DNA from: Candidatus Omnitrophota bacterium
GTDB taxonomy: Bacteria; Omnitrophota; Gorgyraeia; Zapsychrales; Zapsychraceae
Direction of reading: 5' to 3'
Assembly: GCA_023247445.1 (NCBI GenBank)
Contig: JAHFGL010000004.1
Location: 1,520 to 65,519 of the forward strand
Length of the DNA stretch: 64,000 bases
Made by a program: the position numbers and the translations under genes. The notes under the pieces were generated by a model. It was not told where the DNA came from. It saw only the letters and a list, made by a program, of their open reading frames with translations, and did no database searches. Shown here piece after piece: positions 45,911 through 56,214 of this stretch; the first letter of the stretch is position 1, and every line of letters begins with the position of its first letter.

Positions 45911-48900
45911 ATGATTGAGAAAATTATTGATGCCTGTGCTCGTCAGAAGTTTTTGGTCTTACTTTTTGTAACGGCCGCTATTGTGGCTTCGATATGGTCA
46001 GTCAAAAATATTCCACTGGATGCTATCCCTGATCTTTCCGACACCCAAGTGATCATTTATTCCAAATGGGATCGCAGTCCAGATATTATTGAAGATCAAG
46101 TTACCTATCCAATCATATCGTCCTTATTGGGAACTCCTGGCGTCAAAGCAATCCGCGGATTTTCTGATTTTGGATTCTCTTATGTTTATGTCATTTTTAA
46201 AGATGGCACAGATCCTTATTGGGCGCGAAGTCGTGTCTTAGAATATTTAAGTAAAATTTCCTCTCAGTTGCCCGAGGGCGTTAAGACAGAATTAGGTCCT
46301 GATGCCACGGGGGTGGGTTGGGTTTTGCAATATGCACTTGTGGACACTAGCGGTACGCATGATTTGGCACAGCTGCGTAGTTTTCAAGATTGGCATTTGC
46401 GTTATTGGTTGGGGTCGGTGCCCGGTGTTGCTGAAGTAGCTTCCCAAGGCGGCTTTGTCAAACAATATCAAATCACCGTCGACCCAAGAAAATTGCTAGC
46501 CTACAATATTCCTATCAATAGAGTCATCGAGTCCGTGCGTTTGGGTAATCAAGAAACCAGCGGTCGACTCGTTGAATTTACCGGCGCGGAATATATGATT
46601 CGCGGTCACGGCTACGCCAAGTCTATTGATGATTTAGAGCAGATCGTTCTGGGGGTGGATGCTCATGGCACACCGATTGTTATTAAAGATGTTGCTCATG
46701 TTGCTTTAGGAGGTGAAACACGGCGTGGAATTTTGGATTTAAATGGCCAGGGTGATGTTGTTGGCGGAACCATTGTAATGCGTCAGGGAGAGAATGCGTT
46801 AAGAGTTATTGAGGCTGTTAAAACCAAACTTAAGGAGATTGAACCTTCATTGCCGCCAGGCGTCAAGATCGATATCACCTATGATCGTTCTGATCTTATC
46901 TTACGCGCTATTGATCATCTTAAAAAGCAACTGATAGAAGAAATGATCATTGTCAGTTTAGTTATTCTAATTTTCTTATGGCATTTCCCGTCAGCATTTA
47001 TTCCGATTGTCACCATTCCGATTGCGGTCTTGATCGCTTTTATTCCTTTGCTCGGAATGAAATTAACATCGAATATCATGTCGTTGGCAGGCATTGCCAT
47101 ATCAATCGGGATTTTAGTTGATGGGGCGATTGTGCAAATGGAAAATGTTTATAAACGCCTGGAAGAATGGGAGGCCGGTGGTAGGCGAGAAGATCCAAAA
47201 GAAGTGGCGCTTAAAGCGATTAAGGAAGTTGCGCCATCGGTATTTTTTGCGCTACTGGTCATCGCTGTATCATTTTTTCCAATCTTTACACTTCTTGATC
47301 AGGAAGGACGGTTGTTTAAACCACTAGCCTGGTCAAAAACATTTGCCATGGCGGTCGCAGCGATTTTAGTTGTGACGCTTAATCCAGCGCTGCGCCTGAT
47401 GTTTGTGCGCACTAAACCTTTTACCAAAGGTCCTGGCTGGTTGAGGAGTTTAGGGAATACATTATTTATTGGCCGCTATTATCCCGAGGAGAAACATCCC
47501 ATAAGCCGGGTGTTATTTCGTGTGTATGAACCTATCTGTCGGTTTGTCCTTAATCACGCCAAAATGACAATTATCATTGCTTTGTTATTAATGGCCAGTG
47601 TGATTCCAATTCTTTTACCTCACGGAAATTTTAAGTTTAAGGGGATTTCTTTGCCACATACATTAGGATCGGAATTTATGCCGCCGTTATGGGAAGGGCA
47701 AATTTTATATATGCCTATCACTATGCCGGGAATTTCAGTAACGGAAGCCCAAAAGTTATTACAAAATCAGGACAAGATTCTTAAAAGTTTTCCAGAAGTG
47801 GATAAGGTTTTTGGCAAAGCCGGACGGATGGAAAGCTCAACGGATCCTGCGCCATTATCAATGATGGAAACGGTCGTGTTGCTCAAGCCGGAAAGCGAGT
47901 GGCGCATCGTTAATGGCCGTCCAATTACCCATGAACAACTGATTGAAGAAATGGATCAAACGCTAAGAATTCCCGGAACCAGCAATTCTTGGACGATGCC
48001 GATTAAAAATCGTATTGACATGCTTTCAACGGGAATTCGCACACCCATTGGAATTAAAATTTTAGGTGCTGATTTTAAAGAAATTGATAGAATGGGCATG
48101 GCCTTAGAGGCGTTATTAAAAAATGTCCCCGGCACGCGCAGTGTTTTTGCTGAACGCACGCAGGGCGGATATTTTTTAGACTTTGATCTTAAACGCCAAG
48201 AGCTTGCACGTTACGGATTGTCCGTTGCCGATGCCGAAATGTCGATTCAATCGGCCATTGGTGGCGAAAATATTGCGACGACTGTTGAGGGTCGGGAAAG
48301 ATATAGCATCAATGTCCGTTATCCGCGTGAATTTCGCGATAATGTGGATCAATTAAGCCGTGTCCTTGTGGCAACACCATCGGGCGCGCAAATTGCTCTG
48401 GGACAAATCGCAAATATTGTTGTGCGCACGGGACCGGCGATGATCCGCAATGAAAATGGGATGCTTGCTGGTTATGTGTATGTTGATGTGGCCGGCCGTG
48501 ACATTGGAACCTATGTTGAAGAGGCAAAGAAGAAAGTCGCCACTGAGTTTAAACTGTCGCAAGGATACACGTTAATCTGGAGCGGACAGTATGAGAATAT
48601 GCTTCGTGTCCGTGAGCGACTTAAGATTGTTGTCCCACTGACACTTTTTATTATTGTTCTTTTACTTTATTTCAACACAAAATCATGGGTTAAAACTGGT
48701 ATTGTTTTATTAGCCGTGCCGTTTTCGTTAATCGGTGCATTTTGGTTATTATGGATACTCAAATACAATCTATCGATTGCAGTTTGGGTTGGGATGATTG
48801 CCTTGATGGGACTCGACGCGGAAACGGGTGTCTTGATGTTACTTTTTCTTGATATTGCTTATAAAGATGCCGTGCGTAAAAATGCCATGAAAACGATCGG

Positions 48901-49159
48901 TGATTTGCGCGAGGCCATCATTGTTGGAGCGGTTAGGCGCGTACGACCCAAAATGATGACGGTGGCAGCCGCTTTACTAGGCTTATTGCCGATTATGTTT
49001 TCGCATGGAGCCGGAGCCGATGTTATGAAACGGATCGCCGCGCCCATGGTGGGAGGTTTAACGACGTCGTTTATTTTGGAATTGCTTGTTTACCCGGCTG
49101 TCTATTTTCTTTGGAAATCGCATTTTGAATTAAAGAATAATAAACCTCAAATAACATAA
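45911..49159 (+). CDS. heavy-metal-efflux (HME) RND inner membrane pump, CusA/CzcA family
   Basis: 1082 aa, 12 TM helices. Two large periplasmic loops. Typical AcrB/CzcA N-terminus MIEKIIDACARQKFLVLL. Confidence 0.85.
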   Translation: MIEKIIDACARQKFLVLLFVTAAIVASIWSVKNIPLDAIPDLSDTQVIIYSKWDRSPDIIEDQVTYPIISSLLGTPGVKAIRGFSDFGFSYVYVIFKDGTDPYWARSRVLEYLSKISSQLPEGVKTELGPDATGVGWVLQYALVDTSGTHDLAQLRSFQDWHLRYWLGSVPGVAEVASQGGFVKQYQITVDPRKLLAYNIPINRVIESVRLGNQETSGRLVEFTGAEYMIRGHGYAKSIDDLEQIVLGVDAHGTPIVIKDVAHVALGGETRRGILDLNGQGDVVGGTIVMRQGENALRVIEAVKTKLKEIEPSLPPGVKIDITYDRSDLILRAIDHLKKQLIEEMIIVSLVILIFLWHFPSAFIPIVTIPIAVLIAFIPLLGMKLTSNIMSLAGIAISIGILVDGAIVQMENVYKRLEEWEAGGRREDPKEVALKAIKEVAPSVFFALLVIAVSFFPIFTLLDQEGRLFKPLAWSKTFAMAVAAILVVTLNPALRLMFVRTKPFTKGPGWLRSLGNTLFIGRYYPEEKHPISRVLFRVYEPICRFVLNHAKMTIIIALLLMASVIPILLPHGNFKFKGISLPHTLGSEFMPPLWEGQILYMPITMPGISVTEAQKLLQNQDKILKSFPEVDKVFGKAGRMESSTDPAPLSMMETVVLLKPESEWRIVNGRPITHEQLIEEMDQTLRIPGTSNSWTMPIKNRIDMLSTGIRTPIGIKILGADFKEIDRMGMALEALLKNVPGTRSVFAERTQGGYFLDFDLKRQELARYGLSVADAEMSIQSAIGGENIATTVEGRERYSINVRYPREFRDNVDQLSRVLVATPSGAQIALGQIANIVVRTGPAMIRNENGMLAGYVYVDVAGRDIGTYVEEAKKKVATEFKLSQGYTLIWSGQYENMLRVRERLKIVVPLTLFIIVLLLYFNTKSWVKTGIVLLAVPFSLIGAFWLLWILKYNLSIAVWVGMIALMGLDAETGVLMLLFLDIAYKDAVRKNAMKTIGDLREAIIVGAVRRVRPKMMTVAAALLGLLPIMFSHGAGADVMKRIAAPMVGGLTTSFILELLVYPAVYFLWKSHFELKNNKPQIT

Positions 49160-49179
49160 AGCAAAAAGGAGGAAGTACA

Positions 49180-49524
49180 ATGAAAACAAAATTATTTGTT
49201 TTAATCTTGATGGCCGTCTTTTTAAGGCTCGATGGGGCTATCGCGAGCAGTGAAGAAATTGCCGTCGCGGTCGTAGAAAAAGACAAGGCTGCTGTGGAAG
49301 TTGTCGATGTCGGTAATAAAATTTGTCCAATTTCCGGGGAGAAAGTCGGCGAAATGGGTGAGATTGTAAAGCATGAATATAATGGCAAGTCGTATAATTT
49401 ATGCTGTAGTATGTGTCTTAGAGATTTTAAGAATGATCCAGAAAAGTTTAGCAGAATAGCCGAAGATGAAGTTGCAAAAGAAGCGGTGGTAGACAATTCT
49501 GAAAAAGTTCAAGAACAAAAATAA
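49180..49524 (+). CDS. secreted YHS-like metal-binding domain protein
   Basis: Signal peptide. CPISGEKV...YNGKSYNLCCSMCLRDFKNDPEKF resembles a YHS/TRASH-type Cys motif. Confidence 0.55.
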   Translation: MKTKLFVLILMAVFLRLDGAIASSEEIAVAVVEKDKAAVEVVDVGNKICPISGEKVGEMGEIVKHEYNGKSYNLCCSMCLRDFKNDPEKFSRIAEDEVAKEAVVDNSEKVQEQK

Positions 49525-49538
49525 AATCAAATTACTTT

Positions 49539-49667
49539 AAATATTGAATTGTTTCTGGAGGGACGTCGGTCCAACGAGCCGCATGGATTCAGGCGAGGAA
49601 GGACCGCCGAGCGAAGCTTGCCTCGCAGGGGCAAGCGAGCGATCCCGGAAGAAACAATTCAATATTT
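49539..49667. repeat. GC-rich approx 95-bp island flanked by perfect 17-bp inverted repeat aaatattgaattgtttc / gaaacaattcaatattt (candidate structured RNA or MITE)
   Basis: Inverted repeat read directly. Inner segment is far more GC-rich than its AT-rich flanks and contains a hairpin gcttgcc/ggcaagc. Confidence 0.5.
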
Positions 49668-49699
49668 TTAGATTAATTTTAGAAACTGGAAAAAAGTTT

Positions 49700-50866
49700 A
49701 TGCAAGATCCCATCTGCGGGATGAGTGTTAGTGAAAAGAGTTCTCTACGATTAACCGTCAGCGGCCAAACCTATTATTTCTGCAGCGAACATTGTCTGAA
49801 GAAGTTTGCTAGCCAAAATAAAGTTGATGCTGATATGGTTTCCTCATGCGCGGGTTCTACGAGCCTTCCATGGTACAAAAATAAAACTTTACTGACCGCG
49901 GCCATTCTTCTTTTATTGTATGTATCATCGTATTTCCTTCCAATCTTGGGGCCTTTTAAGCAATCGCTAACGATGTATTTTCAAAAAGCCTGGTGGGCGA
50001 TTGCCTTAGGACTTATTCTCGGTGGGATCATTGATTATCTTGTTCCTCGCGAATACATTTCATATGTCTTGGCCCGCCGGAAGAAACGCACGATTGTCTA
50101 CTCGGTTATGTTGGGCTTTTTGATGAGCGTTTGTAATCACGGCATTCTAGCTATTTCGATGGAGCTTTATAAAAAGGGGGCTTCCACCTCAGCGGTCATT
50201 GCTTTTTTGCTCGCAAGTCCCTGGGCAAATTTGCCAATAACATTAATGCTCATCGGTTTTTTCGGATTCCTTAAAGCTATTTATATTATCGTAGTTGCCA
50301 TTATTATCGCTTTAGTCACAGGATATATTTATCAATTTCTCGAGAGGCGTCAGCTTGTTGAAACTAATTCACAAAGCCTGATGTTCGAGGAAGATTTTTC
50401 TATTATGAAAGATATTCAAAAAAGATGGAGTGATGTGGAATTTTCTTCAGATTATTTAAAAGAAACGGCACACGGCATTTATGGGGGAGTGGTTGCGTTG
50501 AGCAATATGGTTCTCTGGTGGATTTTAATTGGCATTGGTATTGCAAGTTTTGCCGGTGCATATATCCCGCCGCATTTTTTTCATCAATATATGGGACCAA
50601 CGGTTTTGGGACTTGTTGTGACACTTATTATGGCCACTATTTTGGAAGTCTGCTCGGAAGGCACCGCGCCCTTGGCCTTTGAAATATTTAGGCAAACCGG
50701 CGCCTTGGGAAATAGTTTGGTGTTTCTGATGGCCGGAGTCGCGACCGACTATACAGAAATTGGTCTTATTTGGCACAACATTGGCCGTCGGGCGGCACTA
50801 TGGTTGCCGGCAATTACTGTTCCTCAAATAATACTTTTTGGTATATTGGCTAATATTATTTTTTAA
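49700..50866 (+). CDS. YHS-domain-fused permease (PF03773-like predicted permease)
   Basis: N-terminal MQDPICGMSVSEKSSLRLTVSGQTYYFCSEHCLKKF is a canonical YHS. Then approx 8 TM helices. The upstream 156 nt of the long ORF is treated as noncoding. Confidence 0.6.
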   Translation: MQDPICGMSVSEKSSLRLTVSGQTYYFCSEHCLKKFASQNKVDADMVSSCAGSTSLPWYKNKTLLTAAILLLLYVSSYFLPILGPFKQSLTMYFQKAWWAIALGLILGGIIDYLVPREYISYVLARRKKRTIVYSVMLGFLMSVCNHGILAISMELYKKGASTSAVIAFLLASPWANLPITLMLIGFFGFLKAIYIIVVAIIIALVTGYIYQFLERRQLVETNSQSLMFEEDFSIMKDIQKRWSDVEFSSDYLKETAHGIYGGVVALSNMVLWWILIGIGIASFAGAYIPPHFFHQYMGPTVLGLVVTLIMATILEVCSEGTAPLAFEIFRQTGALGNSLVFLMAGVATDYTEIGLIWHNIGRRAALWLPAITVPQIILFGILANIIF

Positions 50867-50869
50867 CCT

Positions 50870-51559
50870 GTGTATAATGACGTTATGAAGAAATTTATTA
50901 AATTCATTTTACAGTTACTTTTTTTTGCCCTTCTTACCTTCATCGGTTATAAAGCCTTTTGGCAATATCAACATGAAAATCGGATTCTCAAACAAGTGAT
51001 TGAGCGACTACAAGCCGATTCACGGGTAGCAGAGGTTTTAGTGACCGGCGTTAATTATGATGAAAAATCGGCTAAGACCTTTACAACGATTAAATTTTTA
51101 GAATACGACATCGATAACAAAGCGCTTGAACCAAAATATTTTACTTTCTCCGGAAATATTATCCAATTCCAGTCGCTGGTCATCCGCTTTGATGATATTT
51201 ATGTCCGTAACGCTGATCGTCTGCGCGGCAAAAGCGCGTTTATTTTTTGGAAAGTTTTTATGCTCGACGGCCGAAACACACAGGAATATGAGATTAATAA
51301 AATGTATGACACGCCCCAAGGATACAAATTAAACGATATAAAGGACCCATTTGAAGATCGTTTATGGAAAGATTTCTGGATTTACGCGCTTAACCCCGAT
51401 CGCGCCAAACGTAGTGGCGTTAAAAATGCCCAGATTGAAGCTCCCGGAACGATGTTTGTTCCTGGACATCTCTACACACTTAAAATTGAACATGATGGTG
51501 GACTGCGAATTGATTCATTGCCGCTTCCCGTCATTTTGCATGGCGAAAAAATTCCCTAA
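50870..51559 (+). CDS. hypothetical protein with N-terminal TM anchor
   Basis: No recognisable domain. Confidence 0.35.
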   Translation: MYNDVMKKFIKFILQLLFFALLTFIGYKAFWQYQHENRILKQVIERLQADSRVAEVLVTGVNYDEKSAKTFTTIKFLEYDIDNKALEPKYFTFSGNIIQFQSLVIRFDDIYVRNADRLRGKSAFIFWKVFMLDGRNTQEYEINKMYDTPQGYKLNDIKDPFEDRLWKDFWIYALNPDRAKRSGVKNAQIEAPGTMFVPGHLYTLKIEHDGGLRIDSLPLPVILHGEKIP

Positions 51560-51634
51560 ATCCTTGCTGGATTTATTTACTAAAGAGCTATAATGCCATC
51601 AAAGAATATTAATCCTTTTAAAGGGGAGGACATC

Positions 51635-52258
51635 ATGATGTTAACAAGAAATTTATTCGTTATTATATTTGTTTGTCTTTTAATCAGTCCTGCTTTTTCT
51701 GAAGATGGGGTTTTGGTTTCTGGACCATCAAGAACCCAGTCGTTCTCTCCATCCCAAACTCTTTCAACGAATGAACAGATTGTCCAACAAACGATCATGG
51801 CCGCTTATCAGCAAGCAGTGGCAAACGTCGTCCAGAAACAGATTGTTCAACAAAAGTTAAATATCGCCCAAGGAGTTGTTCAGGAGGTAATTGGCCAAAC
51901 CGTTCTTCAAGGATTAAAAGAACAGGCGGTTACGCAGGCTCTTAGGCAAGCATATGCGCAAGGGATAAGCCAAGTTGTTAATCAGCGCCAACAGCAAATT
52001 ACGCAAGAAGTCATTAAACGTAATATTGCCGCTAGTGTCGAACAGGCGCTTAGAAAATCGATGATGGAACAAGTGTATAAACAGGTTGCCCAAAAAGTTA
52101 TTGAGCAACGAATCCTTCAAGAACAAGCCGTGCTTCAACAACAGCTTCAGCAGCGTGTAGGAGCGGCGATTATGCAGCAGCGACAGCAAGCCATGCAGCA
52201 GGCTCTTGCCAAGCAATATGAGCAGGCTTTACTACAAACCCTCGCCAGTCAACGCTAG
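51635..52258 (+). CDS. secreted glutamine-rich repetitive protein (coiled-coil-like Q/V/A repeats)
   Basis: Signal peptide, then degenerate repeats (Q.V.Q..V.Q). Strong RBS aaggggagga. Confidence 0.45.
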   Translation: MMLTRNLFVIIFVCLLISPAFSEDGVLVSGPSRTQSFSPSQTLSTNEQIVQQTIMAAYQQAVANVVQKQIVQQKLNIAQGVVQEVIGQTVLQGLKEQAVTQALRQAYAQGISQVVNQRQQQITQEVIKRNIAASVEQALRKSMMEQVYKQVAQKVIEQRILQEQAVLQQQLQQRVGAAIMQQRQQAMQQALAKQYEQALLQTLASQR

Positions 52259-52312
52259 AGAAGGACCCGAAGGAAAATTGTCTCTTCGTGAAATAACGTA
52301 TATACTTTCCCT

Positions 52313-54229
52313 ATGAGAATCCATTCTCAGCCTTTTTATAAGTCGATTGATATTTTAAATTCGGCTTTGATTCTTGTGTGCATAACTTATGCGCTTGGGA
52401 TCGTTTCTGACATTTCCTTCCTTCAGGATTTAGGAATCCTATCGTTGCTACTGCTTATTCCTTTGAAGGTATTTCTTTATTGTGGCATTTATGGAATATT
52501 AGTAGAAATAGCAAGTAAAGAGGAGGTATTGGTAAAGTTTGATCATTGGAAAGATTATGTTCGGCGATTTTGGAAAATTTACAGTATTTTGCTGGTTGTT
52601 CCTTTTTTTATTCATCTGCCATTAACCTTACTCGTCCCGTATTTTAAAAGCTTGCCTATCACTGTTGTGGTTTTTCAGTTTAATATTATTGCCTTATTTA
52701 TTTTAGCTAAGACAATCATTGCTAAGAAATATATCCAGCCTCTGGGCCTATCCGCACGGCCGATTGTCATTGATCTAAAAATAGCGGGAACGATTCTTGG
52801 GATCTACGCAATCGATATGGCCGTATTTTATTTGCCACAATTTATTGACGGCGGGCCACTTTATTTACCGAATATTTTAGGGTTTGTATCGGAATTAATC
52901 CATTACATGGAGTTTCTAATATTTGTCGTCGTTATTTTGGATGGGTATCCTGAAATTGAGAAACATCTTACTCCCGAGCGAGAATTATATATTATCAGCC
53001 CACCGAATGCCGGAGTTCGCGATAGTTTGGGATCCATTATTTATAAGCCGAATCCGGCGGTTTTTGTTGTTTTAAAGGCTTTGACTCCCAAAAATTATCG
53101 GATTCGACTATTTAATCGTGTGCCCTGGCAAAATAGGTTTTATAAAAGTAATGTTTTGGTCGCGATCACCTGCTTTACTGGGAATAGTTTTGAGGCTTAC
53201 AAAATTGCGAAAGAATTTAAAGAGAGCGGGGCAACCGTCATTATGGGCGGCCCGCATGTGACGTATTTACCGGATGAGGCTTTAGGATATTGCGATAGTG
53301 TTGTTATCGGAGAGGCGGAGGGGGTTTGGAAACAATTGATTACGGATTACGAAAATAATTCTTTGAAGAAGAAATATGTCGGTGCCGCCGAGGATAAATA
53401 CTATGAAGAGGTGCATCAAGAATTGCTTATGTCATCGCCAGAGGTGATCAGAGATTTTCTTGAGACGACACGTGGATGTAAATTTAAATGTCATTTTTGC
53501 ACTATTCCTGGATTAAGTAGCGGCCGAACACGGACAAAACCAACATTCCAGCTTGTTGAGTTGATTGAAAAGATTAAACATAAATATAATTCGGTATCTT
53601 TTATTGATAACAATATTTACAGTGATCCTGCTTACGCGAAAGAATTGTTTACTGCTTTAAAACCGCTTAAGGTTAAATGGCGAACGGCGTGTACCATTGA
53701 TATCGTTAAGAATGAAGAATTGCTCAAACTTGCCAAAGACAGCGGATGCGAGTTGCTTTTATTTGGTTACGAGATTTTTGGTAGTTCATCTGAAAAAGGT
53801 CAAGGAGGAAAATTCGCTTTAGCTGAAAAATATATTCAATTAACGGATGCCGTCAAGAAGATGGGGATCCGAGTTAAGGGGAGTTTCGTCTTTGGGTGGG
53901 ATACGGATCGGCTCCGAGACTTAATTACGTTATGGAAATTTTGTTTGAAGATCCGTCCTGAGATAACCGTCATCAATTTATTGACACCAATCCCTGGGTC
54001 CCATACGTATGACGATATGCTCAAAGAAAATTCTATTACAAATCTTAATTGGCGCAGTTACTCTTTCCATAATTTTGTTTTTAAACATAAGCATATTAAT
54101 CGACGTGTGTTGGATTTATTGTTTCCTATTCTTCGTCCATTTTTTATGTTTACGACTTCGCGTATGGGCTTTTCTGCGCTTTTCTTGTTAGTCGTGGTTA
54201 TAAGTTTGTCAGTTATGTTTAAACTCTAA
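52313..54229 (+). CDS. membrane-anchored B12-binding-domain radical SAM protein, paralog 1 (6 N-terminal TM helices + B12-binding-like + radical SAM CxxxCxxC + C-terminal TM)
   Basis: TTRGCKFKCHFCTIPGLS. B12-binding-like VAITCFTGNSFEAYKIAKEFKESGATVIMGGPHV. Hydrophobic N-terminal 220 aa. Confidence 0.75.
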   Translation: MRIHSQPFYKSIDILNSALILVCITYALGIVSDISFLQDLGILSLLLLIPLKVFLYCGIYGILVEIASKEEVLVKFDHWKDYVRRFWKIYSILLVVPFFIHLPLTLLVPYFKSLPITVVVFQFNIIALFILAKTIIAKKYIQPLGLSARPIVIDLKIAGTILGIYAIDMAVFYLPQFIDGGPLYLPNILGFVSELIHYMEFLIFVVVILDGYPEIEKHLTPERELYIISPPNAGVRDSLGSIIYKPNPAVFVVLKALTPKNYRIRLFNRVPWQNRFYKSNVLVAITCFTGNSFEAYKIAKEFKESGATVIMGGPHVTYLPDEALGYCDSVVIGEAEGVWKQLITDYENNSLKKKYVGAAEDKYYEEVHQELLMSSPEVIRDFLETTRGCKFKCHFCTIPGLSSGRTRTKPTFQLVELIEKIKHKYNSVSFIDNNIYSDPAYAKELFTALKPLKVKWRTACTIDIVKNEELLKLAKDSGCELLLFGYEIFGSSSEKGQGGKFALAEKYIQLTDAVKKMGIRVKGSFVFGWDTDRLRDLITLWKFCLKIRPEITVINLLTPIPGSHTYDDMLKENSITNLNWRSYSFHNFVFKHKHINRRVLDLLFPILRPFFMFTTSRMGFSALFLLVVVISLSVMFKL

Positions 54230-54283
54230 ACGTTAGGTTTAATCTCCGTTCGGCTTGAATCATTGAATTAAAGTAATGTCATT

Positions 54284-56206
54284 ATGATGTCTAAAGACAG
54301 CCCTTTAAAAACATCCTATGAAGTCTTGGCCTCGGTGCCGAGTCTTGTTCTTGTCACATACATGCTAGGATTGTTCTATGACACATCGTTTATCCAGGAT
54401 TTAGGATGGTCCGCCCTACTTCTTTTTATTTTCCTAAAAATAATTCTCTATAGCGGCATCTATGGTGTGTTGGTTGAGCTCGCCAGCGGACAGGAATTTC
54501 TAATTGACTTTAAGCAGTTTCGCCAGAACATCCGGGCCTTTTGGAAAATCTATTCCTTGTTATTGGTTGTCCCGTTTTTTATCCATTTTCCTCTAACGCT
54601 TTTATCAAACTATTTTAAAGCCTTGCCGGTCACCGTTGTTTTTACCCACTTTAATATCATCGCGCTATATATTTTAGCCAACTATATTATCGAGAAGAAA
54701 TACGTTAAACAACTGGGATTACCGAGAAGAAAAATTCCTCTGAGTATTTTTAATATTGTCGTGATTCTGGCTTTATACTTCATCGACTTAGGCGTTTTTT
54801 ATTTGCCGCAGTTTGTGATGACAGAAAAATATTACTTACCTAACTTTCTAGGGTTTCTTTCAGAGATCATTCATTATTTTCAGTTCTTGTATTTCTCGGT
54901 TTTAATCTTGAACTCCTATCCTGAAATTCAAAAGCATTTTACCCCGCAACGAGAACTCTTTTTGATCAATCCTTGGTGTGCGGGTATGTTGCGCAGTTTG
55001 GGATATGCCTTGTTTAGCCGCGGCTATCCACCGGCATTTGTTGTCCTTAAGGCCATGACACCAAAAAATTATAAAGTTCGCGAATTTAATCAAGTCATTT
55101 GGCGCAATCGCTATTACCGTGGGCATCCTTTGGTCGCCATTACATCTTATACAATGAGTAGCTTTGAAGCCTACAAGATTGCGAAGGGATATAAACAGCG
55201 AGGCGCAACTGTTGTTATGGGTGGGCCGCATGTGACATACTTACCTAAGGAGGCCTTGGAATATTGCGATAGTGTTGTTGTTGGAGAAGCCGAGGGAGTG
55301 TGGAAAGATGTCATTAAAGATTACGAAAATCATACCTTAAAGAAGGAATATACAGGCAGTGGCACCAAAGAATATCATGACCAAGTTTATCAAGAGCTTC
55401 TTAATTCTTCGCCCGATGTGATCAAAGACTTTTTAGAGACCACCCGGGGGTGTAAGTTTAAATGCCATTTTTGTACGATTCCTGGATTAAGCGGAGGCAA
55501 TGTGCGCAATAAACCAGTTTTTCAGCTGGTTGAATTGATTAGGAAAGTTAAGAAAAAATATAATCAAGTTACATTTATTGATAACAACATTTATAATGAT
55601 CCCGCGTATGCCAGGGAACTTTTCAAGGCGCTTAAACCTCTCAATATTAAGTGGCGTACGGCGTGTACCATTGATATTGCAAAGAATGAAGAGACCTTAA
55701 AGTTGGCAAAGGAAAGTGGCTGTGTAGGATTATTGGTTGGCTATGAGATCTCAGGAAATTCGCCTGATAGTCAGAATTTGCGCGGGAAGTTTTCGATGGC
55801 TGAACAATATCGGCGCTATACGCAAACGATCCAACAGCTTGGCATTGCCATTCGCGCTAATTTTATTTTTGGTTTTGAATCGGATCGGTTAAAAGATATT
55901 TGGCGGCTTTGGCGATACTGCTTATCGTTAGGAGCGAATTCAGCCGGGTTGGGTATTTTGACGCCGCTTCCGGGGTCACAGCTTTATCACGATATGCTTA
56001 TCGAGAATCGATTAACGAACCTCAACTGGTGTCGATATTCGATGTTTCAGTTGGTATTTAAACATAAATATTTAAACGATGCGGTTGTCTCAAAGGTTTT
56101 TCCTGTTGTTTCTGTTTTTTATTTATTAACTACGTCTAAGACAGGGCGGATTTTATTTTCACTCTTAATCATTTTGGCGTTATGCACAGTTTTATTTAAA
56201 CTTTAG
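54284..56206 (+). CDS. membrane-anchored B12-binding-domain radical SAM protein, paralog 2
   Basis: TTRGCKFKCHFCTIPGLSGG. Same conserved blocks as paralog 1: YPEIQKHFTPQRELFLINP, GPHVTYLPKEALEYCDSVVVGEAEGVW. Confidence 0.75.
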   Translation: MMSKDSPLKTSYEVLASVPSLVLVTYMLGLFYDTSFIQDLGWSALLLFIFLKIILYSGIYGVLVELASGQEFLIDFKQFRQNIRAFWKIYSLLLVVPFFIHFPLTLLSNYFKALPVTVVFTHFNIIALYILANYIIEKKYVKQLGLPRRKIPLSIFNIVVILALYFIDLGVFYLPQFVMTEKYYLPNFLGFLSEIIHYFQFLYFSVLILNSYPEIQKHFTPQRELFLINPWCAGMLRSLGYALFSRGYPPAFVVLKAMTPKNYKVREFNQVIWRNRYYRGHPLVAITSYTMSSFEAYKIAKGYKQRGATVVMGGPHVTYLPKEALEYCDSVVVGEAEGVWKDVIKDYENHTLKKEYTGSGTKEYHDQVYQELLNSSPDVIKDFLETTRGCKFKCHFCTIPGLSGGNVRNKPVFQLVELIRKVKKKYNQVTFIDNNIYNDPAYARELFKALKPLNIKWRTACTIDIAKNEETLKLAKESGCVGLLVGYEISGNSPDSQNLRGKFSMAEQYRRYTQTIQQLGIAIRANFIFGFESDRLKDIWRLWRYCLSLGANSAGLGILTPLPGSQLYHDMLIENRLTNLNWCRYSMFQLVFKHKYLNDAVVSKVFPVVSVFYLLTTSKTGRILFSLLIILALCTVLFKL

Positions 56207-56214
56207 GAACACTT

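Noticed and set aside
49544-49699. N-terminal 52 codons of the long ORF 49544..50866
   Set aside because: This stretch translates the GC-rich palindromic element into low-plausibility peptide. The YHS domain begins at the internal Met (49700), which is the natural start.
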